A stretch of DNA of 64,000 nucleotides, taken from contig JAPLFX010000033.1 in the NCBI GenBank assembly GCA_026390445.1, forward strand, positions 5,731 through 69,730, given 5' to 3'. Each line of letters opens with the position of its first letter. The first letter of the stretch is position 1. The position numbers and the translations under genes were made by a program. The notes under the pieces were generated by a model. The model had not been told where the DNA came from. It did not search any database and worked only from the letters and a program-made list of their open reading frames with translations. The stretch comes from Pseudomonadota bacterium (lineage in GTDB: Bacteria; Bdellovibrionota_B; Oligoflexia; Oligoflexales; CAIYRB01). Of this stretch, positions 46,311 through 55,183 are shown piece after piece.

Positions 46311-47390
46311 ATGAAGTTTATCGACAGCATCGAGATCTTGGTCAAGGCTGGCCGCGGCGGCCACGGTATCGTCAGCTTTATGGCTGCCAAGGGTCGAGCC
46401 AAACTCGGGCCTGACGGTGGCGACGGCGGCACCGGTGGCAGCGTTAAACTGCTTGGAACGAACCGCCTGAATACTTTAAGTTCGCTACGTTACCGTGCCA
46501 TCTATGGTGCTGAGGATGGCGTTCGAGGCGGTAGCAACAAATGCCGCGGCGCCTGCGGCGAAGACCTCATCATCCCGGTACCGGTCGGCACCGTGGTGGT
46601 CGATGCAGTGACCGGCGAGACCTTGGGCGAACTATTATGCGACGGTGACCTCCTGCAGGTCGCAAAAGGCGGCCGACATGGCCTTGGCAACACTCACTGG
46701 GTCAAGCCGACGCACCAGGCTCCGGAGGAGTTTCGACCAGGTGGGCCCGGCGAAGAACGCGAACTGAAGCTTGAGCTTAAGCTGCTCGCCGACGTCGGAC
46801 TGGCTGGTTTTCCCAACGCCGGCAAATCGACCTTGCTAAGCCGAGTCAGCGCTGCAAGACCGAAGATTGCAGACTATCCCTTCACCACGCTAGTGCCGAA
46901 TTTAGGCGTCGTCGAAATCGACGATGGCGACTATGTGACGCGCTCGGTGGTGATGGCGGACGTACCGGGCTTGCTTGAAGGGGCTAGTGAGGGCCGTGGC
47001 CTTGGCCTGCAATTCCTCAAGCATCTTGAGCGGACTAGTTTGATCGCCTATGTGATCGACGCGTTTTCCGAAGAGCGCACCCCGATCGAAGCACTCGAAA
47101 TCCTCAAGGTCGAGCTGGCGAACTTCAGTTCGGAGCTAGCGGGCAAACGCTCCGTCGTGATTCTGAATAAGTCCGACTTAGTCTGCGCACAAACGTTGGC
47201 GGACGCCATGCTGCCCATCGTGGCTGCGGGCTATGAAGTGATGGCGATTTCCGCCGTGTCCGGGCAAGGCTTACTCGCGTTAAAGCGCCGCCTCTATGAC
47301 CTCGTGACCGAGGAGAAAGCGGCTTTAGCGGCAGCGGACGAAGCATCGAGCCCTATGATCGTGAGTCGCCGTGCCGATCACCACGCCTAA
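46311..47390 (+). CDS. obg: GTPase Obg/CgtA
   Basis: MKFIDSIEILVKAGRGGHG (Obg fold). G-domain motifs GFPNAGKST, DVPGL and NKSD. Confidence 0.95.
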   Translation: MKFIDSIEILVKAGRGGHGIVSFMAAKGRAKLGPDGGDGGTGGSVKLLGTNRLNTLSSLRYRAIYGAEDGVRGGSNKCRGACGEDLIIPVPVGTVVVDAVTGETLGELLCDGDLLQVAKGGRHGLGNTHWVKPTHQAPEEFRPGGPGEERELKLELKLLADVGLAGFPNAGKSTLLSRVSAARPKIADYPFTTLVPNLGVVEIDDGDYVTRSVVMADVPGLLEGASEGRGLGLQFLKHLERTSLIAYVIDAFSEERTPIEALEILKVELANFSSELAGKRSVVILNKSDLVCAQTLADAMLPIVAAGYEVMAISAVSGQGLLALKRRLYDLVTEEKAALAAADEASSPMIVSRRADHHA

Positions 47391-48081
47391 TGAACCCACG
47401 CTCATCGTTTTCGGCGGGACCTTTGATCCCCCGCATGATGGCCACATCGGTTGTGTCGAGCAGGCACTGCTGCGCTTTCCTAAGGCCAGAGTTTATGTGC
47501 TTCCAGCGGCACAGCCGCCCGCAACCGGGGAGCACCTTAAAACGGTGACCACTAGCTTTGATCACCGCATGGCGATGGCGCAACTTGCTTTTAGCCACCT
47601 AGCTCAACGAGTCGAAGTGTTACCCTTGGAGCAAGATCTCCCCAGGCCAAGCTTCACCAGCAACACTCTACGCCACTTGGCCGCGGCCTTGCCAAACGAA
47701 CGACTTGGCTTTTTACTCGGCCAAGATCAATGGGCGGCATTACCCAAGTGGCATGAACCACGGCAAATCCTGCAGCGAGCCCATTTGGTCGTCGTCTCTC
47801 GAGCAGGCTCTACGAGCCTAACCGAAGCCACAGAGCAAACCGCCGCCGCTCTCGGCCTTGAGCTCACCTGGAATCCAGACGATGCATCAGCCAGCCTCGG
47901 CGCCGATTCACAGCGCACCTACTTCATCACCGCGGCCGTCAGTGCCGCTGCAAGCAGCAGCGCGCGGCAAGCATTGGCGCAGCACACTATTGGTGGCACC
48001 ACTGCGGCCTGGCTGCCACCGGCCGTTACGTCCTACATCAAGCATCATCAACTTTATTCGCTACCAAAGGACCAGCTATGA
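47371..48081 (+). CDS. nadD: Nicotinate-nucleotide adenylyltransferase
   Basis: VFGGTFDPPHDGH (HxGH motif) and an ISSxxxR-type region (AAVSAAASSSARQA). Confidence 0.85.
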   Translation: MPITTPNEPTLIVFGGTFDPPHDGHIGCVEQALLRFPKARVYVLPAAQPPATGEHLKTVTTSFDHRMAMAQLAFSHLAQRVEVLPLEQDLPRPSFTSNTLRHLAAALPNERLGFLLGQDQWAALPKWHEPRQILQRAHLVVVSRAGSTSLTEATEQTAAALGLELTWNPDDASASLGADSQRTYFITAAVSAAASSSARQALAQHTIGGTTAAWLPPAVTSYIKHHQLYSLPKDQL

Positions 48082-48449
48082 CTCCCTTAGACATCGCTCG
48101 TGAAGCCGTACTCGCCGCTGCCGACAAAAAGGCCGTGCGTTGCATCGTGCAAGACCTACGCGGACTGTCCGACCTGTGCGACTACCAACTGGTTTGCTCG
48201 GGTGAAAACGAACGCCAGACCAGGGCTATTGCCGACTCGATTGAAGAGCGTTGCCGCCGCGTCTTTAATGTCCGTCCGGTCGCCGTCGAAGGCAAGCAGT
48301 CAGGCAACTGGATCATGATCGACTTTGGCTCGACGTTGATCCACATCTTCTACGACGCTGTACGCAATTACTACGCCTTGGAAAGCCTGTGGCCAAAGGC
48401 CAAGCTGGTGCCGATCGGTGCTAGTGATGAGGCGAAGGCGGACGCTTGA
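48078..48449 (+). CDS. rsfS: Ribosomal silencing factor RsfS
   Basis: 123 aa. DYQLVCSGENERQTRAIADSI...GNWIMIDFGSTLIHIF. Confidence 0.9.
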   Translation: MTPLDIAREAVLAAADKKAVRCIVQDLRGLSDLCDYQLVCSGENERQTRAIADSIEERCRRVFNVRPVAVEGKQSGNWIMIDFGSTLIHIFYDAVRNYYALESLWPKAKLVPIGASDEAKADA

Positions 48450-48892
48450 GGATCCGCGTCATCAAGCTCGGGCGGATTGCCTACCCAGAGATCCGCTCCC
48501 TTGCGTCGATGTACACCGAGCGCCTGTTGCCGCTAGCCAGGCCGATGCATATTGAGAGCCACGAACTCAAAGACGACAGCGGGCTTGAACGCCTTCTGTT
48601 AAAGCCCGCAAGCGACCATCTTCTGATCGCACTAGACGAGCGCGGTCAGGAATGGACGTCGCCCCAGCTTGCAAGCCACTTGCAAAAGCATTGCGACAAC
48701 CCGGCGATCAAATCTCTGACCTTTCTCATCGGCGGGCCGCTCGGACTCAACCCAGCGCAACGCCAGCAGGCGCAATTGACCTGGTGCTTATCTAAGGCGA
48801 CGTTGACCAGTGACATGGCTTGGCTGCTGCTTTGGGAGCAGCTCTATAGAGCGGTCAACATCCTCAAGGGGACTAGCTACCACCATGTTTAG
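48446..48892 (+). CDS. rlmH: 23S rRNA (pseudouridine1915-N3)-methyltransferase RlmH
   Basis: SPOUT fold. LIALDERGQEWTS, FLIGGPLGL, and LSKATLTSDMAWLLLWEQLYRA. The TTG start overlaps the rsfS stop. Confidence 0.88.
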   Translation: MRIRVIKLGRIAYPEIRSLASMYTERLLPLARPMHIESHELKDDSGLERLLLKPASDHLLIALDERGQEWTSPQLASHLQKHCDNPAIKSLTFLIGGPLGLNPAQRQQAQLTWCLSKATLTSDMAWLLLWEQLYRAVNILKGTSYHHV

Positions 48893-49008
48893 TCCAGGAC
48901 TTTGACCCCGCTGATCGATCTTGGCCGCCGGCTTTAACTGCCGAACCCGCCACCATATTGCAGCTCCTTTAGGACAACGACACAAACACGGGCGTCGCCA
49001 CCGGTGCA

Positions 49009-49035
49009 TAAAGATCGGCATGGGGTAGCCGATAG
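49009..49035 (+). promoter_or_regulatory. Sigma-28 (FliA)-type promoter
   Basis: TAAAGATC-N11-GCCGATAG against the enterobacterial consensus TAAAGTTT-N11-GCCGATAA. The spacing is exact. It lies about 97 nt upstream of the response-regulator ATG at 49132. Confidence 0.55.
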
Positions 49036-49131
49036 ACTCCCGTGGCGGTTCTCAGCGCTTTTTGCTTCTGGGCTGCCAACGGACCCGGACCATGTACCAC
49101 CTTGTTACCTGTTCTCCGCAAAGGATCCCCC

Positions 49132-49665
49132 ATGACAGCGACAACGCAACTTCGCCGCCACCTGGTCATCATTGAAGACGAGGACGATACCAGAGAGCTG
49201 CTAGTCTCTGCTGTCTCGCACCTAGGCTATGATGTTACCTCGTATCGCCATCCGCTTGAGTTCTTGCCCAGCCTAGCTCAAACAACGGCGGCCGCGCCCC
49301 ATGCGATACTATCTGACATCAATATGCCACATATGAACGGCATTGAGATGCTCACTAAACTACGAGCCGCTGGAAACAACACCCCGGTAATTTTTCTAAC
49401 CGGCTATGGGTCGATTGAAACCGTCATCGGCGCCGTCCGACTCGGAGCCTGTGATTTTCTTATGAAGCCCTGCGAAATGAACGAAATCGACATGGTCGTC
49501 ACTCGAGCTCTCGAGATTGGCTTTCGCCAGCTACAAGCGAGCAATATCATCGCAAGCCTCAAAGCGAACCATCCAGATGCCGTACCGGCCTTGGAAAAAC
49601 TCGATCAGCTCCAGCGCAACCAAATCCTGATGAAAGCGATGAACACGCTTCGGCGCGTATCCTAG
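49132..49665 (+). CDS. Stand-alone receiver-domain response regulator with about 50-aa helical C-terminal extension
   Basis: ATG 49132 lies behind AAGGA. Receiver residues: IIEDEDD, ILSDINMP (phospho-Asp), IFLTGYG, FLMKP. Confidence 0.85.
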   Translation: MTATTQLRRHLVIIEDEDDTRELLVSAVSHLGYDVTSYRHPLEFLPSLAQTTAAAPHAILSDINMPHMNGIEMLTKLRAAGNNTPVIFLTGYGSIETVIGAVRLGACDFLMKPCEMNEIDMVVTRALEIGFRQLQASNIIASLKANHPDAVPALEKLDQLQRNQILMKAMNTLRRVS

Positions 49666-49680
49666 GATGGGAGGTGGTCT

Positions 49681-50577
49681 TTGCTCGCAATGAAAGGATA
49701 CTCTTATATGCGGATAGTCGAGGCTAAGACCTTTGCTATCATTTCTACAATCATGACTACGTGCATTGGCCTCGCCGTCCTGCTGTTTGAACCTCGGGCG
49801 ATGGCTGAGACAACACCGGAAGCCACCCAAGAGGTGTTGACAGGTTTAGCCACGGTCAGCTTGCTGGATCATGCTCAGGAATATTTCGCTCTGGCCGTGG
49901 CCCGCCAACGCAAAGCTAAGCTCATCAATGAAGCCACCGCAAACCAACTCCTAGGATTCAGTAAGCGCATGTATTCAGGTGCCAACCTCTATCCGGTATT
50001 CAAGCGGGCCTACGCCAAATACAGCAACCAACAAGATGTTGCGACCGTGCAAGCTTGGTTAGGCAGCCCCCCTGGCGTCAAGTACCACCAAAGCGTCAGC
50101 GCTGCGCTGCAGGCGAGCGAATCAACGCTCACCGCCTACTTTGATCAACACGCTGCACAAATCCTGCGCCCGAATCGCAAAAATGCGCTGGCCACCTTTA
50201 ATAAGGCTTGGCGGCACACGGATCTCTATCAAAGCTTTCGTCTAGGCATGGACTTCACCGTGCTGCTGGCGGCGAAACAGCTAGGACAGGATCAAGAAAG
50301 CAATGCGCAGTTAAAGGAGCGGGTGAGCAAAACCAAGTTCGAATTCGACCACGATGCGGCGGACCACTTCAAGGCCTACGACTTTTATCTGTGCAAGGAA
50401 TATAAAAATGAAGAGATCGACGAGCTGTCGAAGTTCGCCTTTACACTGCCGACAATAGCCCACTTGAAAGCCTACATCAAAGCCTTAGACAGCACCCTCG
50501 AAAGCGCCGCATTGACCCTTCAAGCCCAGGTTGTTAAGGCAAATGCGCGCGGCAAGAAGCCAGATGCGCGGCCATGA
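49681..50577 (+). CDS. Secreted protein, unknown function (two-part helical repeat)
   Basis: TTG 49681 lies 6 nt after GGGAGG and 15 nt after the regulator stop. Signal/TM segment FAIISTIMTTCIGLAVLLF...AMA. Confidence 0.55.
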   Translation: MLAMKGYSYMRIVEAKTFAIISTIMTTCIGLAVLLFEPRAMAETTPEATQEVLTGLATVSLLDHAQEYFALAVARQRKAKLINEATANQLLGFSKRMYSGANLYPVFKRAYAKYSNQQDVATVQAWLGSPPGVKYHQSVSAALQASESTLTAYFDQHAAQILRPNRKNALATFNKAWRHTDLYQSFRLGMDFTVLLAAKQLGQDQESNAQLKERVSKTKFEFDHDAADHFKAYDFYLCKEYKNEEIDELSKFAFTLPTIAHLKAYIKALDSTLESAALTLQAQVVKANARGKKPDARP

Positions 50578-51367
50578 ATTCCTTGACGCGCTTGGGATCG
50601 ACCGGATTGACCGATATCCCATCTTGCTTCAAAGCCGTCCCGACGATAAAACCATCGGCATAGGGCGCTAATTCGGCAAGAGAAGCTGCCGTGGCACCGC
50701 TGCCGATTAAGACCGGGCGACCTTGAGCAGCTTCCTTAACCGTTTTTAGTTTAGCAATAGACACTGGCTGACCCGTGCCGCTTCCAGAGACGATGACCGC
50801 GTCTGCAAGACCGCGCAGCAACAAATCCTTGACCTCGTCGCCGAGATCTCGTGCCGCCAGCGGAGCTGCATGTTTGACATCCGCATCGGCCAAGATGCGC
50901 ACCCCGGTAGCGCCAAGCTGTGCCTTGTCGCGCAGCAGGTCGTGAGCGATGCCTTGGATGAGACCCTGGTCGGTCACGCGAGCACCGCTCAGTACATTCA
51001 CCCGAATAAACTCAGCGCCAGACCCAATCGCCACGGCCAAAGCACTCTGCCCATCGTTGCGCAGCACGTTAATGCCTAAGGGCAACGGTGTCTGACGCCG
51101 CACCGCAGCGGCGATCGCCGTCATCGCCGCCACCACGACCGCGGGAACACGACCGGGATAAAATGGCACATCACCGAAATTTTCCATCATCAAGGCGTGG
51201 CAACCGCCTGCTGCCAAAGCGGCGGCGTCACTCAAGGCTCGTTCGGTGATTGCCGCAAGGCTCTGACTTGCCTGAGGCGACCCGGGCAATGGCGCAAGGT
51301 GAAGCATGCCGATGACCGGTTTTACCCGAGTCCATTCGTCAAAACGCAGGGCAGGTCGCTGGTGCAT
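50534..51367 (-). CDS. BtpA/SgcQ-family TIM-barrel protein
   Basis: KPVIGMLHLAPLPGSP and ALMMENFGDVPF are BtpA-family blocks. ATG 51367 lies behind GGAG. Confidence 0.8.
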   Translation of the reverse strand: MHQRPALRFDEWTRVKPVIGMLHLAPLPGSPQASQSLAAITERALSDAAALAAGGCHALMMENFGDVPFYPGRVPAVVVAAMTAIAAAVRRQTPLPLGINVLRNDGQSALAVAIGSGAEFIRVNVLSGARVTDQGLIQGIAHDLLRDKAQLGATGVRILADADVKHAAPLAARDLGDEVKDLLLRGLADAVIVSGSGTGQPVSIAKLKTVKEAAQGRPVLIGSGATAASLAELAPYADGFIVGTALKQDGISVNPVDPKRVKEFMAAHLASCRAHLP

Positions 51368-51533
51368 CGCTAAGCTCCGTCGGAAGGGGAGGGGGGCGGT
51401 CGGTTCATCTAGCACAGGTCAGGCTCGACCCAGTGCATGTCGGTGTAAAACAAAAGGGGACCGGAGTAAAGCAAGGTGTCGCATGCGTGCTTTCATCGCA
51501 TCGAGCACAGGACTTTGGACAAGGGAGGCGCCG

Positions 51534-52205
51534 ATGCTTTGGCGAGTGTGTGTCGGCTGCTTCTCGCAGCGGGACTTAGTGTCGGTTTTAGGGACCAGTT
51601 TGCTCTGTCGCCTTTGCAGCGATGAACTAGCCGAGCTTCGCTGCGGCGCCGCGCAAATCTCGCTGGGTGGCCCTCCACTCATTGATATCACCGCCCTTTA
51701 CCGCTACCAGGGGCTCATTCGCCGGCTGATCATCCGGGCTAAAGTGGGCGGCGATCTACCAGCGCTCCGCCTCCTGATCGCCCTGGTCCAAGCGCACCCA
51801 ACGCTGCCCGGCCTGACGTCCTGGAGCCAGGCTTTGATGCCCTGTGCCTCCAGCCTATGGGGCCGAGTACGAGGACGCATCGATATCGCCAGCCAGATCT
51901 CCAAAGAGCAAGCTCATGGGCCCCTTCAGGTTCTGACAGCGCCCTTGCATCTGCATTGGCGTTGGCGCAAGCACGCACTACTGGGCAGGCACCAACGCAA
52001 CCGCAGCGAACAAGACATGCCGGAATGGTTCAAGGGGCTTAGCCTCCGCCTTTGCAGTCGAACCCTGGCTGCTGCCAAGGTCGAAGCGCTGCTTTTGATC
52101 GACGACGTCATCACCAGTGGGGACACCATGCGCCGCACTGCCGCCGCGGTCCATGCGGCCGATCCATGGATGTTTATTCGCGGGCTTGCGCTCGCGGTTT
52201 CCTAA
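51534..52205 (+). CDS. ComF-family phosphoribosyltransferase-domain protein
   Basis: N-terminal Cys pairs CVGC...CRLC. C-terminal PRTase motif LLIDDVITSGDT. ATG 51534 lies behind AGGGAGG. Confidence 0.8.
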   Translation: MLWRVCVGCFSQRDLVSVLGTSLLCRLCSDELAELRCGAAQISLGGPPLIDITALYRYQGLIRRLIIRAKVGGDLPALRLLIALVQAHPTLPGLTSWSQALMPCASSLWGRVRGRIDIASQISKEQAHGPLQVLTAPLHLHWRWRKHALLGRHQRNRSEQDMPEWFKGLSLRLCSRTLAAAKVEALLLIDDVITSGDTMRRTAAAVHAADPWMFIRGLALAVS

Positions 52206-52296
52206 GAATGGATGTTCTTGGGAATATAGGCCCAGGTTTGCTAGAGTCCTGCGAGCTGTTGAAATTGTCCTACGCCTTTGCCAGCGAGACCTTTGC

Positions 52297-55047
52297 ATGA
52301 CCTTTCCGACGCCCGATGAAGTCGCAGCCATGACTCCGATGATGCGCCAATACTGGGACCTCAAGCGTCGCTGCGGCGATGCCATTCTATTTTTTCGCAT
52401 GGGCGACTTCTTTGAGATCTTCGGCCCCGACGCTGAGCTAGTGGCGCCGCTGCTTGAACTCACTTTGACCAGCCGCGAGCGCGGCGATGAGGCGCGCATT
52501 CCATTCTGCGGTGTGCCTCATCACAGCGCCCGCAACTACTGGCTTAAGCTCCTGCGTAAAGGCTTTAAAGTGGCCTTCGCCGATCAGATCGAGGATCCCG
52601 CTGAGGCTAAGGGTTTAGTCAAACGCGACATCACCCGCACCCTGACGCCGGGATGCGTCGATGATCCCGAGGCCTTGGATCGCGATGCGCCAAATTACGT
52701 CGCCGCCGCCCACGAGGAACCAGGAAGCGGCAAATGGGCCGTGGCCGTAGCCGACTTATCCACCGGTGAGCTACGTCTTGGAAATGTCGCCTCACTCTCG
52801 GAAGTCGTTGAGGTTATAGCGACTTTTCGACCCAGAGAGGTGCTGACCAGAGGCTTTTTCCACAGCGAGCTTACAGCGTTATTGCAGCCCCTGCGCGAGG
52901 AACAATCGCTGCTCTTAGAGTCCCTCGCCGAAGCGCCCTTGCGCGATAAGACCGAGCAAAAACAGGTCCTCAGCGAGGTGTTTGGCAAACAGGATCTTGC
53001 CTCTCAACCCTGTGGCGCCGTCGTCGGTGGCGAGCCTCTGATCACCGCGCTACTCATCCACTTCCGGTCGCTACAAGCGAGCGTCAGCCAGTTTCTCTCG
53101 GTGCGACCTCTGCATGAGCCACAGACGATGATCCTCGATGAAACCGCGGTGCGTGACCTCGAACTGTTTGAAACCGCGCGCAGGCGTGACAGCGAAGGCA
53201 GTTTGCTCAAGGAAATAAATCGCACCCTATCGCCGATGGGCGCTCGCCTCTTGCGCTACTTTCTCGGCCACCCATTGATCGATTCACAGCAGATCCGCGG
53301 CCGCCATGCCGCCGTTCGCAGCCTTCTGGGAATAGGCGAAAGCCGCCTGACTGAAGCCCGCGCGCAACTCAAGAACATTCCTGATCTGGAGCGCCTCTCG
53401 ACCAGGGTTTTCGCGACGACAGCGAATCCCGCGGATTTAGCCAAGATCGCTCAGGCCCTGGCAAAAGCCCAGTGGTTGCTCGACAATCTCACCGGTGAGA
53501 AAGGTGAGCACCTGCCCGAAGATCTCTACAAGGCGGTCGCGACCGGACTTAAATTCTATAAGAGCCCGCTTAAAATCCTGACACATGCCCTTCAGCCAGA
53601 ACCGCAGGGGCTGGGCTTTGGCAACGGCGTTTTTGCCACGGGATTTGACCCCGACCTAGACCAGCTCAATGAACTGGCCCGTAGCGGCGAAACACAGGTC
53701 GAGGCCTATCAAGAGCAGCTGCGCGCGGCGACCGGTATCGGCAGCTTGAAGATCAAAAACCACAAATCCTACGGTCTGTTAATCGAAGTCACACGCACCC
53801 ATACCGCCAAGGTGCCGACAGACTTTATCCGCCGCCAGACGATGGTCAACGGCGACCGCTTTCTCACCGTCGCGCTACAAGAGCTCGGCGAAGCACTGGC
53901 CTCGGCGCAAGACAAAGCTGTCGCTAAAGAAGCCGAGCTGTATCAACGATTGCTTATTGAACTAGCGAAGTTCCGTGTCGACCTACGCTCGGTCGCTCAG
54001 GCCCTGGCAAGCTTCGATCTCCTCCAATCCTTTGCGTGGCAAGCGCTCAAATTCGGTTATTGCGAACCTCGCCTAGCCGACGACGACCGCCTCGAACTCA
54101 AAGCCTCGCGCCATCCGGTCGTGGAGCGCTATGTGGGCCGCCACAAGTACTGCGCCAACGACATCACCATGACGCCGCAGCAAAAGCACCTACTGATCAC
54201 CGGTCCGAACATGGCTGGCAAATCAACCATCATGCGGCAAACGGCATTGACCGCAATCCTCTGCCAAATCGGCAGCTATGTACCGGCGAAGACTGCGCGA
54301 TTGCCGGTATTTGACCGCATTTTTACCCGCGTCGGTGCCAGCGATGATCTCGCTAAGGGACAATCAACCTTCATGGTGGAAATGTCGGAAGCGGCGCACA
54401 TGCTTCGCCATGCAACACAAAAAAGCCTCGTCATCCTCGACGAAGTCGGCCGCGGCACATCGACACGCGATGGCCTAGCGATCGCCGCTGCCATCTTGCA
54501 GGAGTTAGCGCTGAGGATCCGCTGCTATTCGCTATTTGCCACGCACTACCACGAATTGATTCCGGTCGCCGCGACACTGCCTTCGGTGCGGCCGATGCAG
54601 ACCGAGGTCGTCGAGCAAGATAGCCAAATTATCTTCACGCACCGCCTCAAAGACGGCGCCGTCGATAACTCGTATGGACTTGAAGTGGCCCGCCTAGCTG
54701 GCATTCCTGATTCAGTGTTGAAGCGGGCAACGACGTACCTATTGCAACATGCGACTCCAGTGGCCGCTTCTCAGGAAAGCCTGGAGCGTTCGGTTCAAGG
54801 CGCCTCGGCACTTCCGTCCACAAGCGCAACTAGTGGCGGCCTCCCACCGCTAGAACGCCTTGGCCTGACGCCAGCGCCGAGCCAAGCGGTGCGCAAGCTG
54901 AACGACGGGCACATCGTCCTGGAGCGCTTATCAAGGCTCCAGGTCAACCGCTTGTCGCCTCTGCAAGCGTTGAATATTCTTTCTGAATTGCAAGGCGCCC
55001 TGGAGAGAACCAGCGAGGCCGGACTGTTCCCTGAAGAATCTTGCTAA
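52297..55047 (+). CDS. mutS: DNA mismatch repair protein MutS
   Basis: MTPMMRQYWDLKRRCGDAILFFRMGDFFEIF. Walker A ITGPNMAGKST. STFMVEMSE and DEVGRGTST. Confidence 0.96.
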   Translation: MTFPTPDEVAAMTPMMRQYWDLKRRCGDAILFFRMGDFFEIFGPDAELVAPLLELTLTSRERGDEARIPFCGVPHHSARNYWLKLLRKGFKVAFADQIEDPAEAKGLVKRDITRTLTPGCVDDPEALDRDAPNYVAAAHEEPGSGKWAVAVADLSTGELRLGNVASLSEVVEVIATFRPREVLTRGFFHSELTALLQPLREEQSLLLESLAEAPLRDKTEQKQVLSEVFGKQDLASQPCGAVVGGEPLITALLIHFRSLQASVSQFLSVRPLHEPQTMILDETAVRDLELFETARRRDSEGSLLKEINRTLSPMGARLLRYFLGHPLIDSQQIRGRHAAVRSLLGIGESRLTEARAQLKNIPDLERLSTRVFATTANPADLAKIAQALAKAQWLLDNLTGEKGEHLPEDLYKAVATGLKFYKSPLKILTHALQPEPQGLGFGNGVFATGFDPDLDQLNELARSGETQVEAYQEQLRAATGIGSLKIKNHKSYGLLIEVTRTHTAKVPTDFIRRQTMVNGDRFLTVALQELGEALASAQDKAVAKEAELYQRLLIELAKFRVDLRSVAQALASFDLLQSFAWQALKFGYCEPRLADDDRLELKASRHPVVERYVGRHKYCANDITMTPQQKHLLITGPNMAGKSTIMRQTALTAILCQIGSYVPAKTARLPVFDRIFTRVGASDDLAKGQSTFMVEMSEAAHMLRHATQKSLVILDEVGRGTSTRDGLAIAAAILQELALRIRCYSLFATHYHELIPVAATLPSVRPMQTEVVEQDSQIIFTHRLKDGAVDNSYGLEVARLAGIPDSVLKRATTYLLQHATPVAASQESLERSVQGASALPSTSATSGGLPPLERLGLTPAPSQAVRKLNDGHIVLERLSRLQVNRLSPLQALNILSELQGALERTSEAGLFPEESC

Positions 55048-55183
55048 ATTAGCGGTTTACCGATAAAAGTGGGGCCTTGTGTTTTCCCGGTGCTGTTCTT
55101 ATACTCGGCCCCATTATTGACACTGCACACAACAAAAATGGGAGCCTGGTCACAGTGGGTTCCGCGAGCCGAAGGGTAAGCCA

